This document shows positions 10,061 to 18,815 of a stretch of 39,242 bases of DNA, piece after piece. Every line of letters begins with the position of its first letter. Position 1 is the first letter of the stretch. The notes below the pieces were generated by a model. That model worked only from the letters and a program-made list of their open reading frames with translations. It was not told the origin of the DNA and ran no database searches. Position numbers and translations under genes: made by a program. Source of the stretch: Microcoleaceae cyanobacterium (lineage in GTDB: Bacteria > Cyanobacteriota > Cyanobacteriia > Cyanobacteriales > Microcoleaceae); the NCBI GenBank assembly GCA_051652765.1, contig JBOFUV010000057.1, positions 1 through 39,242 of the forward strand. Direction: 5' to 3'.

Positions 10061-11308
10061 ATGGCTTCAATTGCTCGCAAGAATCTGTTTGAAGATATTC
10101 CTCGATTTTTGGCCGCCCAGGCAGGCATTATGTTTGCCGTCAGCTTGGTAACCATTCAGAATGGCATTCTCAATGGGTTTGTACAATCTTCCTCTCTCTT
10201 GATTGACAACTCTCAGGCTGATATTTGGGTTGCTTCTGAAGACATGATTCACCTAGAGCTGACGATGCCTTTGGCCCTAGAACAGATGCTGCAAACTCGA
10301 AAAGCTACCGGGGTTGATCGGGCAGAGGCGTTGATTTTTCGCAGTGCTCGCTGGCGAGATCCCGTGGAAAATCAAATTCATGCGGTTACAGTCGTGGGTT
10401 CTGATCCAAATGGGCAACTCTTCAGCCCTTGGAATATTATTCAAGGCGATCGCCAAGCCCTCAAAGAACCCTACGGCATCATCATTGACGAGAGCAACCT
10501 GGAATCCCTCAAAGTTCAGAACGGCGATACTGCAACGATTGGCGGCTTAGAGGCTCGGATTGTGGGGATTACCCAAGGAACCCAACCCATTGTCAGCAAC
10601 AAATTGGTGTTCACGTCCCTGAAAAATGCCAATGCCTATGTCAATGCTCAGTTGCAAACCCGTAGCCAGTGCAAGCTAGAAGAGGGTGACCTAAAGTGTG
10701 TCAACACCTTTGAAGACAAAAATCCAGTCGAGTCTCAAATTGCATCTTCTTCGCCCAAACCGTTAACGGCAACTGATCCGATTACCTTTATCCTGGTTCG
10801 AGCAAAGCCCGGTCAAGACCTACAAGTCCTCAAGCAGAGCATTGAGGAGTCTGTCCCCAAGGTCAAAGCCTACACCCAAGTAGAAATGTCAAATCTGACT
10901 CAAGCTTACTGGAAGCAAAGAACAGGTATTGGTTTTGTGTTGAGTTTGGGTGCGGGCGTTGGGATTCTGGTCGGAATTATTGTTGTTGCTCAAATTCTTT
11001 ACTCTTCAGTTGCCGATCATATTCGAGAGTTTGGTACTCTCAAAGCGATGGGAGCCCCTGACACCGTGATTTATGGAGTCATTCTAGAGCAAGCGGGGTG
11101 GATGGCATTACTTGGATATCTCCCTGGTATGATTTTGTGTCTGGGAGTCACCCAGTGGGCATCGGCAACTCAGGGGATTCTGATTTTGATTACTCCTCTA
11201 TCGGCCATTGGCGTGTTTGGCCTCACTGTTGTAATGTGTGTTGGCTCTGCCTTCTTTGCGATTCAGAAGGTGACTCGTGTTGATCCAGCGATTGTATTTA
11301 AGTCGTAG
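10061..11308 (+). CDS. ABC transporter permease, FtsX/DevC-like family
   Basis: ARKNL...RF start, one N-terminal TM, large periplasmic loop, REFGTLKAMGA, three C-terminal TMs and a DPAIVFK end. Confidence 0.92.
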   Translation: MASIARKNLFEDIPRFLAAQAGIMFAVSLVTIQNGILNGFVQSSSLLIDNSQADIWVASEDMIHLELTMPLALEQMLQTRKATGVDRAEALIFRSARWRDPVENQIHAVTVVGSDPNGQLFSPWNIIQGDRQALKEPYGIIIDESNLESLKVQNGDTATIGGLEARIVGITQGTQPIVSNKLVFTSLKNANAYVNAQLQTRSQCKLEEGDLKCVNTFEDKNPVESQIASSSPKPLTATDPITFILVRAKPGQDLQVLKQSIEESVPKVKAYTQVEMSNLTQAYWKQRTGIGFVLSLGAGVGILVGIIVVAQILYSSVADHIREFGTLKAMGAPDTVIYGVILEQAGWMALLGYLPGMILCLGVTQWASATQGILILITPLSAIGVFGLTVVMCVGSAFFAIQKVTRVDPAIVFKS

Positions 11309-11346
11309 CCTCAGCCTTTGACTGGAGGATTTGGGATTAATCCAGA

Positions 11347-11386
11347 TCTTGACCCCCAAATCTTGACCCCCAAATCTTGACCACAA
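11347..11386. repeat. 14-bp tandem repeat (~x2.8, TCTTGACCCCCAAA)
   Basis: tcttgacccccaaa tcttgacccccaaa tcttgaccacaa. Confidence 0.8.
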
Positions 11387-11412
11387 GTCAGATTCGTATC
11401 AAAATAGCCATC

Positions 11413-12330
11413 ATGTCAGAACTTAAGACGCTTGACAAAAATATTGCTCGGATTGGCCAGGATGAAGAGTTGGCCCGCCTAGAGTTCTCCCTGATTCTTC
11501 CGATTTACAACGAGGAGGAGGGTCTGGTTTCAACCTTAGAGCATTTGCAGGCCCATCTACAGGGGCTGAACTGCAAGTACGAGATTATTGCTGTGAACGA
11601 TGGCTCTACCGACAGAACCCAGGAGTTTTTGCAGGCTTGTCAGGGGATTCGAGTCATCGAACACCCCCGGAATCGCGGCTATGGAGCCTCGCTCAAGACC
11701 GGAATTCGCCATGCGAGATACCCTCTCGTTGTGATTACAGATGCAGATGGCACCTACCCTAACGAAACAATTCCCCAGTTAGTGGCCCTCGCTCAAAATG
11801 TAGATATGGTTGTGGGAGCGAGGATTGGGGGTAATGTCTGCTATTCCCCCCTGCGAAAGATCCCAAAATGGTTTCTTGTGCGTTTTGCCGAATGGATTAC
11901 GGATAGCCGAATTCCCGATCTAAATAGTGGCTTGCGAGTGTTTCACAAGGCTAGTATTGAGCGGTTTCTCAAGATTTTGCCAGATACCTTTAGCTTTACC
12001 ACAACGATCACTGTAGCGATGTTGACCAATAACTACGTAATTCACTTTGAACCGATTGATTTTTACCCCCGCAAGGGAAAAAGTAAGATCAAACCGATTC
12101 GAGATACTTTGCGCTTTGTCCAGTTAATCCTGCGAACAGGATTGTATTTTGCCCCACTCAAGGTATTTCTTCCGATTGCAGGGATGTTTTTTTCTGGGTT
12201 TCTGTTTACCCTGATTCAAGATCTATTGGTTCGAGAAGACTTGACGGAGAGAACCTTAATTCTCCTGATTGCTGCGACTCAGATGGGGATGTTTGCTCTG
12301 TTGGCTGACATGTTGGACAAACGAACTTAG
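11413..12330 (+). CDS. Glycosyltransferase family 2 (DPM1/GtrB-like) with two C-terminal TMs
   Basis: ILPIYNEE, VNDGSTD, NRGYGASLKTG, ITDADG and DLNSGLR; ATG 11413 preferred over TTG 11377. Confidence 0.92.
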   Translation: MSELKTLDKNIARIGQDEELARLEFSLILPIYNEEEGLVSTLEHLQAHLQGLNCKYEIIAVNDGSTDRTQEFLQACQGIRVIEHPRNRGYGASLKTGIRHARYPLVVITDADGTYPNETIPQLVALAQNVDMVVGARIGGNVCYSPLRKIPKWFLVRFAEWITDSRIPDLNSGLRVFHKASIERFLKILPDTFSFTTTITVAMLTNNYVIHFEPIDFYPRKGKSKIKPIRDTLRFVQLILRTGLYFAPLKVFLPIAGMFFSGFLFTLIQDLLVREDLTERTLILLIAATQMGMFALLADMLDKRT

Positions 12331-12478
12331 CGGCAAACTCGCAGAAAACTCGACGATGCTGCACTCAAAATATCAGAGTTCTGATCTGGCTCAGGGGGGC
12401 TGGAATCATTTCTCCTCGCGAATCTAGTAACAACACGATGAGCAAATAGGCGATCGCCAAAATTACAGAGATCAGACC

Positions 12479-12494
12479 TGTAACATAAGCTACA
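12479..12494. promoter_or_regulatory. NtcA-type box TGTA-N8-TACA
   Basis: TGTAACATAAGCTACA, intergenic. No TAN3T at 22-23 nt spacing on either strand. Confidence 0.55.
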
Positions 12495-12764
12495 AGTTTA
12501 GAACGTTCCATTATAAAACTAGCCTTGATTCTTATGGTTACGATTTTAGCGAATCTTGATGCAACTGCCTAGCATGACAGTGATTTGTGCTGATCGTCTA
12601 TGCGGTGATCTATGTCACTCTGAATTGGTATTCTCTATCATGCGGACGTTGTTATCTTTATCAGTCTCAAACTTAGCGTACTATCACAGAAAAATCCCAT
12701 CAGAATCACTGATCTATTCAGTCAGTTCCTGGAGAATTAGGCTTAACCAACACAAAATGCAGTG

Positions 12765-12820
12765 GTTTTTAAATTAGTTTTTAAATTAGTTTTTAGATCA
12801 GTTTCTAAATCAATCTTTAA
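12765..12820. repeat. Degenerate 12-bp tandem repeat (~x4-5, GTTTTTAAATTA)
   Basis: gtttttaaatta gtttttaaatta gtttttagatca gtttctaaatca atctttaa. Confidence 0.75.
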
Positions 12821-13092
12821 ACCCGCAAGGAATACTTCAGCTACCCAAATCCTCCTTGAAAAGGGAGAAATAGGAGGATTGATCTGGATTGTATCCGGAT
12901 AAAAACGGCTGGATGCAGCATTTAGTAATGACCGATGAGATGTCCGTAGTGCAAACATCTTGCCAGGGTATATGCCAACCCCACTTTGGAACTTCTGAAG
13001 TTCCATCAATGTTGTCTCAGCTTATTGATGAAGTTCTAAACATCAAGCCTTAGTCCATCAAACTTGAACATTAAATTCTAAGTACAGCAATA

Positions 13093-13530
13093 ATGGTAAC
13101 TGTTTCTAACGCAACCAGAATTTTCATTTGTTCCGATGGAACCTTAAAGAATATTTCCCTATCAACTAAGTTAGGAGAGATTGAACTTGGAGAAATTTAT
13201 CGCTTTGCTAAAGAAAATCGTTGGGAATGTGAAACCCTAGATTGCCGTATAGAAGAAGCCCGAACTAAGGTAGATGCAAACCACGCGAGTCCCAAGGAAC
13301 ATAAGCTTCTAGAACTGGAACGACAAGGGAAGCTCAGTTTGTTAGATGGTGTAGAGCACTGGGCAATCAGAACCGGCTCTAGCCGAGCTGTAGGAGTTGC
13401 GGTCAATCCAGACACTGAATCCCTAGAAGCAATGGTCGTCGATCTGCATCAATTTACCCCAATCTGCTCTGAACAAATTACTACCTTAGAAAGACTACAG
13501 CAACTAACATCACCCATGAGTAGTCTTTGA
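13093..13530 (+). CDS. Hypothetical protein (145 aa)
   Basis: ATG-started ORF with globular-like composition in an otherwise empty region; no family recognised. Confidence 0.75.
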   Translation: MVTVSNATRIFICSDGTLKNISLSTKLGEIELGEIYRFAKENRWECETLDCRIEEARTKVDANHASPKEHKLLELERQGKLSLLDGVEHWAIRTGSSRAVGVAVNPDTESLEAMVVDLHQFTPICSEQITTLERLQQLTSPMSSL

Positions 13531-13635
13531 TTTAAAGCATAGACGTGAGTCCGACATCTTTGCCACTCAGGCTAGAAGCTTGAACCATAAAAATCCGCAG
13601 TTATTACTGGTTGAGATATTACTGCATCTAGACAT

Positions 13636-14080
13636 TACTACCACTCAGCCCTATTATTCCAACGGGGCTGAGTGGTGTAACCTAGGTCATGACCCGAAAG
13701 TACAGCTTGAAACGGTGCTATTAAACCCCATTACAAACTATACCCTAGGAAATTAAAGCCGAAAAGCTCCTTTCCCGATAAAGTTATGATTGGAAGATCA
13801 ATACAAATTAGGAAAGGAGATGCCCCTGATGGTAGAAGTTCTTGATCAACCAGCAGCCCTAAAGCTAAAATACCAATTACTCAGTTTTTGAGGGTGATTA
13901 AACTTAGCTTGGACACTACGGACAAATCACTGTCAAATCACTACTGTATTGGTATCTTGGTTGATCAAGATGTGCGAGTCTATGCTGATTATTGCTGGTA
14001 AAGCTTAGAGGTTCAAGAGGTCTAATGCAAAGATCCGCTTTTTATCGTTGGGTGATTGATTTCTGAGCAGAGAGCATTGC
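13636..14080 (+). ncRNA. Candidate structured RNA (series of long hairpins); strand and ends uncertain
   Basis: Stems: accactcagccc/gggctgagtggt (13640-13676); ctcctttcc/ggaaaggag (13767-13819); tcttgatcaacca/tggttgatcaaga (13840-13970) enclosing ataccaat/attggtat and gtgatt/aatcac. Confidence 0.4.
13829..13891 (+). CDS. Candidate small peptide MVEVLDQPAALKLKYQLLSF (20 aa)
   Basis: AAAGGAG at 13813-13819, 9 nt before ATG 13829; TGA at 13889-13891; in-frame ATG at 13820. Confidence 0.3.
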   Translation: MVEVLDQPAALKLKYQLLSF

Positions 14081-14141
14081 TTCATTAAGGTTTGGTCAAG
14101 CCATAACTAAGAGTAGCTGTTCTGTTTTGGCCTCCGGTCTA

Positions 14142-14185
14142 TGTAGTAGAAGCTACATTTTGTATTTAGTTCTTAACGATATTTT
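14142..14185 (+). promoter_or_regulatory. Putative NtcA-activated promoter upstream of the 194-aa ORF
   Basis: TGTAGTAGAAGCTACA (GTA 14143-14145, TAC 14154-14156), then 23 nt to TATTTT (14180-14185). Confidence 0.5.
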
Positions 14186-14468
14186 TAGTGACATCACACT
14201 TGCCTAGGTCTTCATATTCCTTAACTTAGGACATTGCAAAGTTTGTCAATGCTTTACAGTTGTTCTGCTAAACTAGGGAAATCTACGACAAGGGTTATAA
14301 GTTGCTGATAAGTCTAGTTCTTAATCAATCTGGTCTTTTCAGCAGACGAATAGAAGTCAAACGAGCCTCTTTTGTATGGGTATTCTATTAGATGTTCCTT
14401 CGGTGGAACTGAGGCACGTTTAGTTGGGGGGTGGATGTAACTCGATATCAGAGAGTGGACAATCCCAG

Positions 14469-15053
14469 ATGGAAACGTTAACAGAAACGGTAACACTAGA
14501 AAGAAAGCACAAAAGATCGACCAATACGCTAGTTAGGCGGCAAGCAACGCCTAAGGAAAGGGAGCTGATTCACCTGCTAGCAAACTTGGGCTGTAGCCTT
14601 GCAAGGTACGGTTTAGAGCACTCATCCAGTAAGGGGGTTGTATCTCCTGAATCCCGTCTGCGCCTTGCTGAATGGCACTACCTCCGATTGCAACAGATTC
14701 GCCGGATTGAGAGGAGTCTAGAGCCTGTTGCGACATTGAAGCGCGTTTACTTTAGGAGTAGCTTGAGCCCTAGGGATCTGAAATCCTTGAAATTGGTCTG
14801 GACTGATGAAGAGGGCAAGGGTCGAGTGAAGCGCGTTGACCCAGAGCTTGATGAAGTTTTGAGCTTGGCTCTCGATCATGGAGACACCTTGAAGCAGATT
14901 TTCCAGACTATTGAAGTCAAGAGTCGAGAGTTTGCCTTGACCCCAGGCCATGGTAAGGTTCCTCTATGGGTTAAGGAATGGGAAGAGAAAAATTACGAGA
15001 TTAACTTCTTTCCTCCCTCCTTCCCGATTTGGGCCAATGTTGTGGACGATTAA
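14469..15053 (+). CDS. Hypothetical protein (194 aa, R/K/L/E rich)
   Basis: Long ORF; ATG 14469 (METLTETV) preferred over TTG 14424; no family recognised. Confidence 0.75.
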   Translation: METLTETVTLERKHKRSTNTLVRRQATPKERELIHLLANLGCSLARYGLEHSSSKGVVSPESRLRLAEWHYLRLQQIRRIERSLEPVATLKRVYFRSSLSPRDLKSLKLVWTDEEGKGRVKRVDPELDEVLSLALDHGDTLKQIFQTIEVKSREFALTPGHGKVPLWVKEWEEKNYEINFFPPSFPIWANVVDD

Positions 15054-15188
15054 CTGTTCAAAAGTTAGGGGAATCTGCAGTAACACGTGAGCTTTCTCCA
15101 TTTTTGGTGGTTGGCTGACGAGGATTCTGGTTCTGGATAGCCTAAAATCAATGTTGGTTCCCTGGCCTGTACTCGTGATGCCAAGGAT

Positions 15189-16505
15189 ATGTCAGAACCA
15201 CACTCAAGGCCAAAATCTCTAAAAGGGCAGCATAATGGACATCGCCCTGATGTTCAGTTTTTGGGTGAACAGATTCCTAGATCGGAGAAGTCTGCTTTGC
15301 CCTCTAGTCGGCTTGAGGAAGTCATGTTTTCGGAGGGTCATCAGGCTCTGAAGTTGTATGGCTTAAGGAGCAGTTTCTTAGCATTGATCAGCCTATTGGC
15401 AGCCTTGGGAGTTTTTTTGGTGAAAAGTCCTGTCGGCGATCGCTCAGGGGATCAGCGCGTACAGCCAGAGAGGCAATCTTCCGCTCAGTTACAAGCCCAA
15501 GCCCTGCGTCAGAAGACTCTGGACACTCGTCAATGCGTCGAATGTAACCTCAGTCGAGCCAGTTTTAGAGATGCCAATCTCAGATCTGCCTATCTTTGGA
15601 AGACAAACTTGTCTGGAGCCGACTTGCGGGATGCCTACCTAGAATCTGCCGATTTGCGGGGAGTCAAGCTAGCTGAGGCAGACCTGAGTTATGCCCTACT
15701 CAAGTCAGCAAATCTTGGCTATGCCAACCTCGTCAAAGCAACGTTAAGTCATGCAGACTTGACTCAAGCTAACCTCTGGCAAGCCAACTTGCAGAATGCC
15801 AACTTTGCTCATGCCAACCTAGAAGGAGCCGATTTGAGGGGAACAGCTTTACACCAAGCCGATCTGAGTGAGACAAACCTGAGTCAGGCGAACCTAGATT
15901 CAGCTCAGTTGATCGAAACGAACTTAGCGGGTGCAAATCTTAGCCAAGCAAATTTGCCGGGAGCCAACTTAGAAAAGGCTCAACTTCTACAAGCCAACTT
16001 GAATCAAGCAAACCTCAAGCAAGCCAATTTGGGGGATGCTCAACTGACTCGGGCAACTTTAGTTGCGGCCAATTTAGAAGGGGCTATTCTCTGGGTGGCA
16101 ACGCTGGAACAGGCCAATCTTGAGAATGCCAACTTAGCTCGAGCCAAGTTAGGGTATGCCAAACTTCAGGGGGCGAATCTAGTGGGCGCTAATTTGACAG
16201 ATGCCGTGTTGGAAGGCGCTAACCTAGAGGATGCAAACCTGGAAAATGCAGACCTTGCAGGGGCCAAGTTAGAGCGGGGGGTGTTAATTGGGGCGTACCT
16301 CAAAGCGGCCAATTTGCCAGAGGCCAACCTGCAAGCTGCTGATTTGCGGGGAGCTTATTTGAGCGGAGCAAACCTCAGAAGTGCCTCGCTTCAAGGTGCT
16401 AATTTGCGGGGGGCAAATTTAAGGGGTGCTAGTCTGAAGGGCGCAAATCTCAGAGATGCCAACCTGACAGGAGCCACTCTCCCCAATGGAAAAATTGCTC
16501 CCTGA
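15189..16505 (+). CDS. Membrane-anchored pentapeptide repeat protein
   Basis: Hydrophobic segment FLALISLLAALGVFLV, CVEC cap, ~300 aa of A(N/D)L repeats and a GATLPNG end; start uncertain. Confidence 0.92.
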   Translation: MSEPHSRPKSLKGQHNGHRPDVQFLGEQIPRSEKSALPSSRLEEVMFSEGHQALKLYGLRSSFLALISLLAALGVFLVKSPVGDRSGDQRVQPERQSSAQLQAQALRQKTLDTRQCVECNLSRASFRDANLRSAYLWKTNLSGADLRDAYLESADLRGVKLAEADLSYALLKSANLGYANLVKATLSHADLTQANLWQANLQNANFAHANLEGADLRGTALHQADLSETNLSQANLDSAQLIETNLAGANLSQANLPGANLEKAQLLQANLNQANLKQANLGDAQLTRATLVAANLEGAILWVATLEQANLENANLARAKLGYAKLQGANLVGANLTDAVLEGANLEDANLENADLAGAKLERGVLIGAYLKAANLPEANLQAADLRGAYLSGANLRSASLQGANLRGANLRGASLKGANLRDANLTGATLPNGKIAP

Positions 16506-16669
16506 GGGGTGATTTTTAAAACAGGTTTCCAGAAAGATCCTTAAAAGTCTGGTAAGTTGAGTAGAGCACTTGGGGAATTACCCTGTCGGATTTACAGTTT
16601 AAGCCCTGGATTTTAAGCCCCAGATCTAGTAGTGCCTGCCAAGTGCATCCTGTTGAGGTTCAGTAAGGC

Positions 16670-17782
16670 ATGGCAACGTTGACTAACCAATTCAATAGTG
16701 GATTTACACTTTTCCTGAGTTTGTTGGTAGAAGCAATCCCGTTTCTGTTAATCGGTGTTTTGTTTTCTAGCTTGCTGCTGTGGTTAGTCGATGAACGTAA
16801 GTTGCTCTCCTGTATTCCTGACCACCCTTTTCTGGGGGCGCTATTTGGGGGGTTGGCAGGCTTCCTCTTCCCCGTTTGTGAATGTGGTAATGTTCCTGTT
16901 GCTCGTCGCTTTTTGATCCAGGGAATGCCAGCCTCGGTTGCAGTTAGCTTTCTCTTTGCTGCGCCTACGGTGAACCCGATTGTGATTTGGTCAACCTGGA
17001 TTGCGTTTCGAGATCAGCCTGAGATTGTGTGGCTGCGAGTTTTGTTTTCCCTGACCATTGCTGTAATTTTGGGATGGTTGTTTAGCGCCCAAAAGGATTT
17101 ACGACCCTTTGTCCAACCTGCGATCGCACGTTTGCTACCTATACCGCTTCCTCCAGATAAATCCCCTGCGGTTGAGAGCTCTCCTCTGTTGCAATCTGGT
17201 ACTTATCTACTGGGCCAAGGTAGCCAACCGGTTCGACTTGAGTCTATTTCCTGGTGGCAGGGTGGTAGTTTGTCTGGGGGCGAGTCAGGCTCTCCACCCT
17301 TAGTGTCGGTAAAATCTGACAAACCCCAAAAATCTGCCCAATCTACGCTCCCCTCGATCTTTATCCGGCCCTCCCGCGAACGGCTCAGGCTGATCCTGGA
17401 AAATATGGTGCAAGAATTTTGTGAGTTGGGAGGCATTCTCGTTTTAGGCAGTGCGATCGCGGCCCTGGTTCAAGTTGCCATGCCTCGAGAACTGATTCTC
17501 AGCTTGGGCCAAGGGCCTATCACTTCCGTTTTGGCGATGTTGCTTTTGGGGGGTATTGTGTCCGTCTGTTCGACCGTTGATGCATTTTTTGCTCTGTCCT
17601 TTGCTGCGACTTTTACTAGCGGTTCTCTGCTCGCATTCCTAATTTTTGGGCCTATGGTTGATATCAAAACCGTCGGCTTAATGCTGTCTGTGTTTAGACC
17701 CAGAACTGTAGTTTACTTAATCGTTTTAGCCGCGCAACTCACCTTTTTACTCACTGTGATGGTGAATTTTAATTGGAGCTAG
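16670..17782 (+). CDS. Permease, DUF318/YcgR family
   Basis: FLSLLVEAIPF, FPVCECGNVP, APTVNP, SVCSTVDAF and FGPMVDIK. Confidence 0.9.
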   Translation: MATLTNQFNSGFTLFLSLLVEAIPFLLIGVLFSSLLLWLVDERKLLSCIPDHPFLGALFGGLAGFLFPVCECGNVPVARRFLIQGMPASVAVSFLFAAPTVNPIVIWSTWIAFRDQPEIVWLRVLFSLTIAVILGWLFSAQKDLRPFVQPAIARLLPIPLPPDKSPAVESSPLLQSGTYLLGQGSQPVRLESISWWQGGSLSGGESGSPPLVSVKSDKPQKSAQSTLPSIFIRPSRERLRLILENMVQEFCELGGILVLGSAIAALVQVAMPRELILSLGQGPITSVLAMLLLGGIVSVCSTVDAFFALSFAATFTSGSLLAFLIFGPMVDIKTVGLMLSVFRPRTVVYLIVLAAQLTFLLTVMVNFNWS

Positions 17783-17798
17783 ATTAGGAACGTAACCC

Positions 17799-18623
17799 AT
17801 GCCTCAGTTCAAGACACAGTTCAAGACTCAGTTCAATGCAATTCAGCCCTGGTTAGATCCCATGGCAATGTTGTTGTGGGCGATTGTGTTGTTGAAGTAC
17901 TGGATCACGGGTAAACTCAACGTTCTGATTCATCCCAACTACTTTGGCTTAACGGTTCTGGGGGGCCTTGGACTGTTGGCGCTGGGTAGTTTTAAACTGT
18001 GGGATATGTTCCGGGAAAACGGCTTCATGCGGTCAAGTTCTCCTGCTTCATCCCCCCAAGTTGCGACTCAAACTGTACAACATATGACTCTGCTGCCAAC
18101 CGGTTGGAGTAGTGGCATTCTGGTCGGAGTTGCGATTTTGTCCCTGTTGATTACGCCTCGTACGTTTGGGAGTTATACGGCACTCCAACGGGGGTTAGTT
18201 GAAACGCTACCAATCACTCGTATCCAACCCCAAGCCTTTCAGACTGCGGCCAAACCAGAGGAGCGATCGCTGATTGAATGGATGCGACTTTTGAATATAA
18301 ACCCTGAACCCGACGCTTATGAAGGTCAAGCTGTTAATGTTACAGGATTTGTGATTTACCCCCCTGATTTGCCAGGAGGTTATCTCTGGCTGGCTCGATT
18401 TGTGATTACCTGCTGTGCAGCAGATGCTTACCCAATCGGACTTCCAGTATTACTTCCAGCGAAGTATCAGCACCAGAATCTTCAGAAAGAATATCCTCAG
18501 GATAGTTGGTTGGCAATTCAAGGCAAAATGACAACCACTATTCTCAACAATGAGCGTCGATTGACTATTCAAGCCCAGTCGATCCAGTCAATTCCAGAGC
18601 CCAAAAATCCTTATGACTCTTAA
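17799..18623 (+). CDS. TIGR03943/YcgQ (DUF1980) family membrane protein, partner of the permease
   Basis: LIHPNY, three TMs, VTGFV, ARFVITCCAADA and C-terminal PEPKNPY; 16 bp after the permease. Confidence 0.9.
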   Translation: MPQFKTQFKTQFNAIQPWLDPMAMLLWAIVLLKYWITGKLNVLIHPNYFGLTVLGGLGLLALGSFKLWDMFRENGFMRSSSPASSPQVATQTVQHMTLLPTGWSSGILVGVAILSLLITPRTFGSYTALQRGLVETLPITRIQPQAFQTAAKPEERSLIEWMRLLNINPEPDAYEGQAVNVTGFVIYPPDLPGGYLWLARFVITCCAADAYPIGLPVLLPAKYQHQNLQKEYPQDSWLAIQGKMTTTILNNERRLTIQAQSIQSIPEPKNPYDS

Positions 18624-18815
18624 GGAGTGGGAACAGCGATCGCCCTGCCCCCGTTGATGGCAATGTAGAAAAAGGGAGTTGGAATCGGATTCATGCAGAA
18701 GTTATTTATTGTCTAGACTATGATCTTGTCCACGAGATTTGATGAGTTCTGAGAGCAGGGAATTGTAAAATTAAGTTTAAATTGATCAGTCGCTGTAACA
18801 AACAAGGTATAAAGC

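Noticed and set aside
12556..13009. ORFs 12556-12777 (+) and 12743-13009 (-)
   Set aside because: TTG starts, atypical composition, and the second is partly made of a 12-bp tandem repeat.
2836..14242. 15-nt match AGGACATTGCAAAGT between the glnN leader (minus, 2836-2850) and 14228-14242
   Set aside because: About one such match is expected by chance in 39 kb over both strands, and it does not extend.
13628..15053. Retron, integron attC or CRISPR interpretation of the hairpin region
   Set aside because: No reverse transcriptase, integrase or cas gene; no repeat-spacer periodicity; no properly placed RYYYAAC/GTTRRRY ends.
12460..15430. Absence of HIP1 as evidence of horizontal transfer
   Set aside because: Longer HIP1-free gaps occur over core genes (e.g. 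~19225-23535 and ~28760-34035).
6580..16505. DNA periodicity in the two pentapeptide genes as a repeat array
   Set aside because: Fully explained by the protein-level 5-residue repeats.
16506..16669. Zur box upstream of the permease/TIGR03943 pair
   Set aside because: No TGATAATnATTATCA-like palindrome found.
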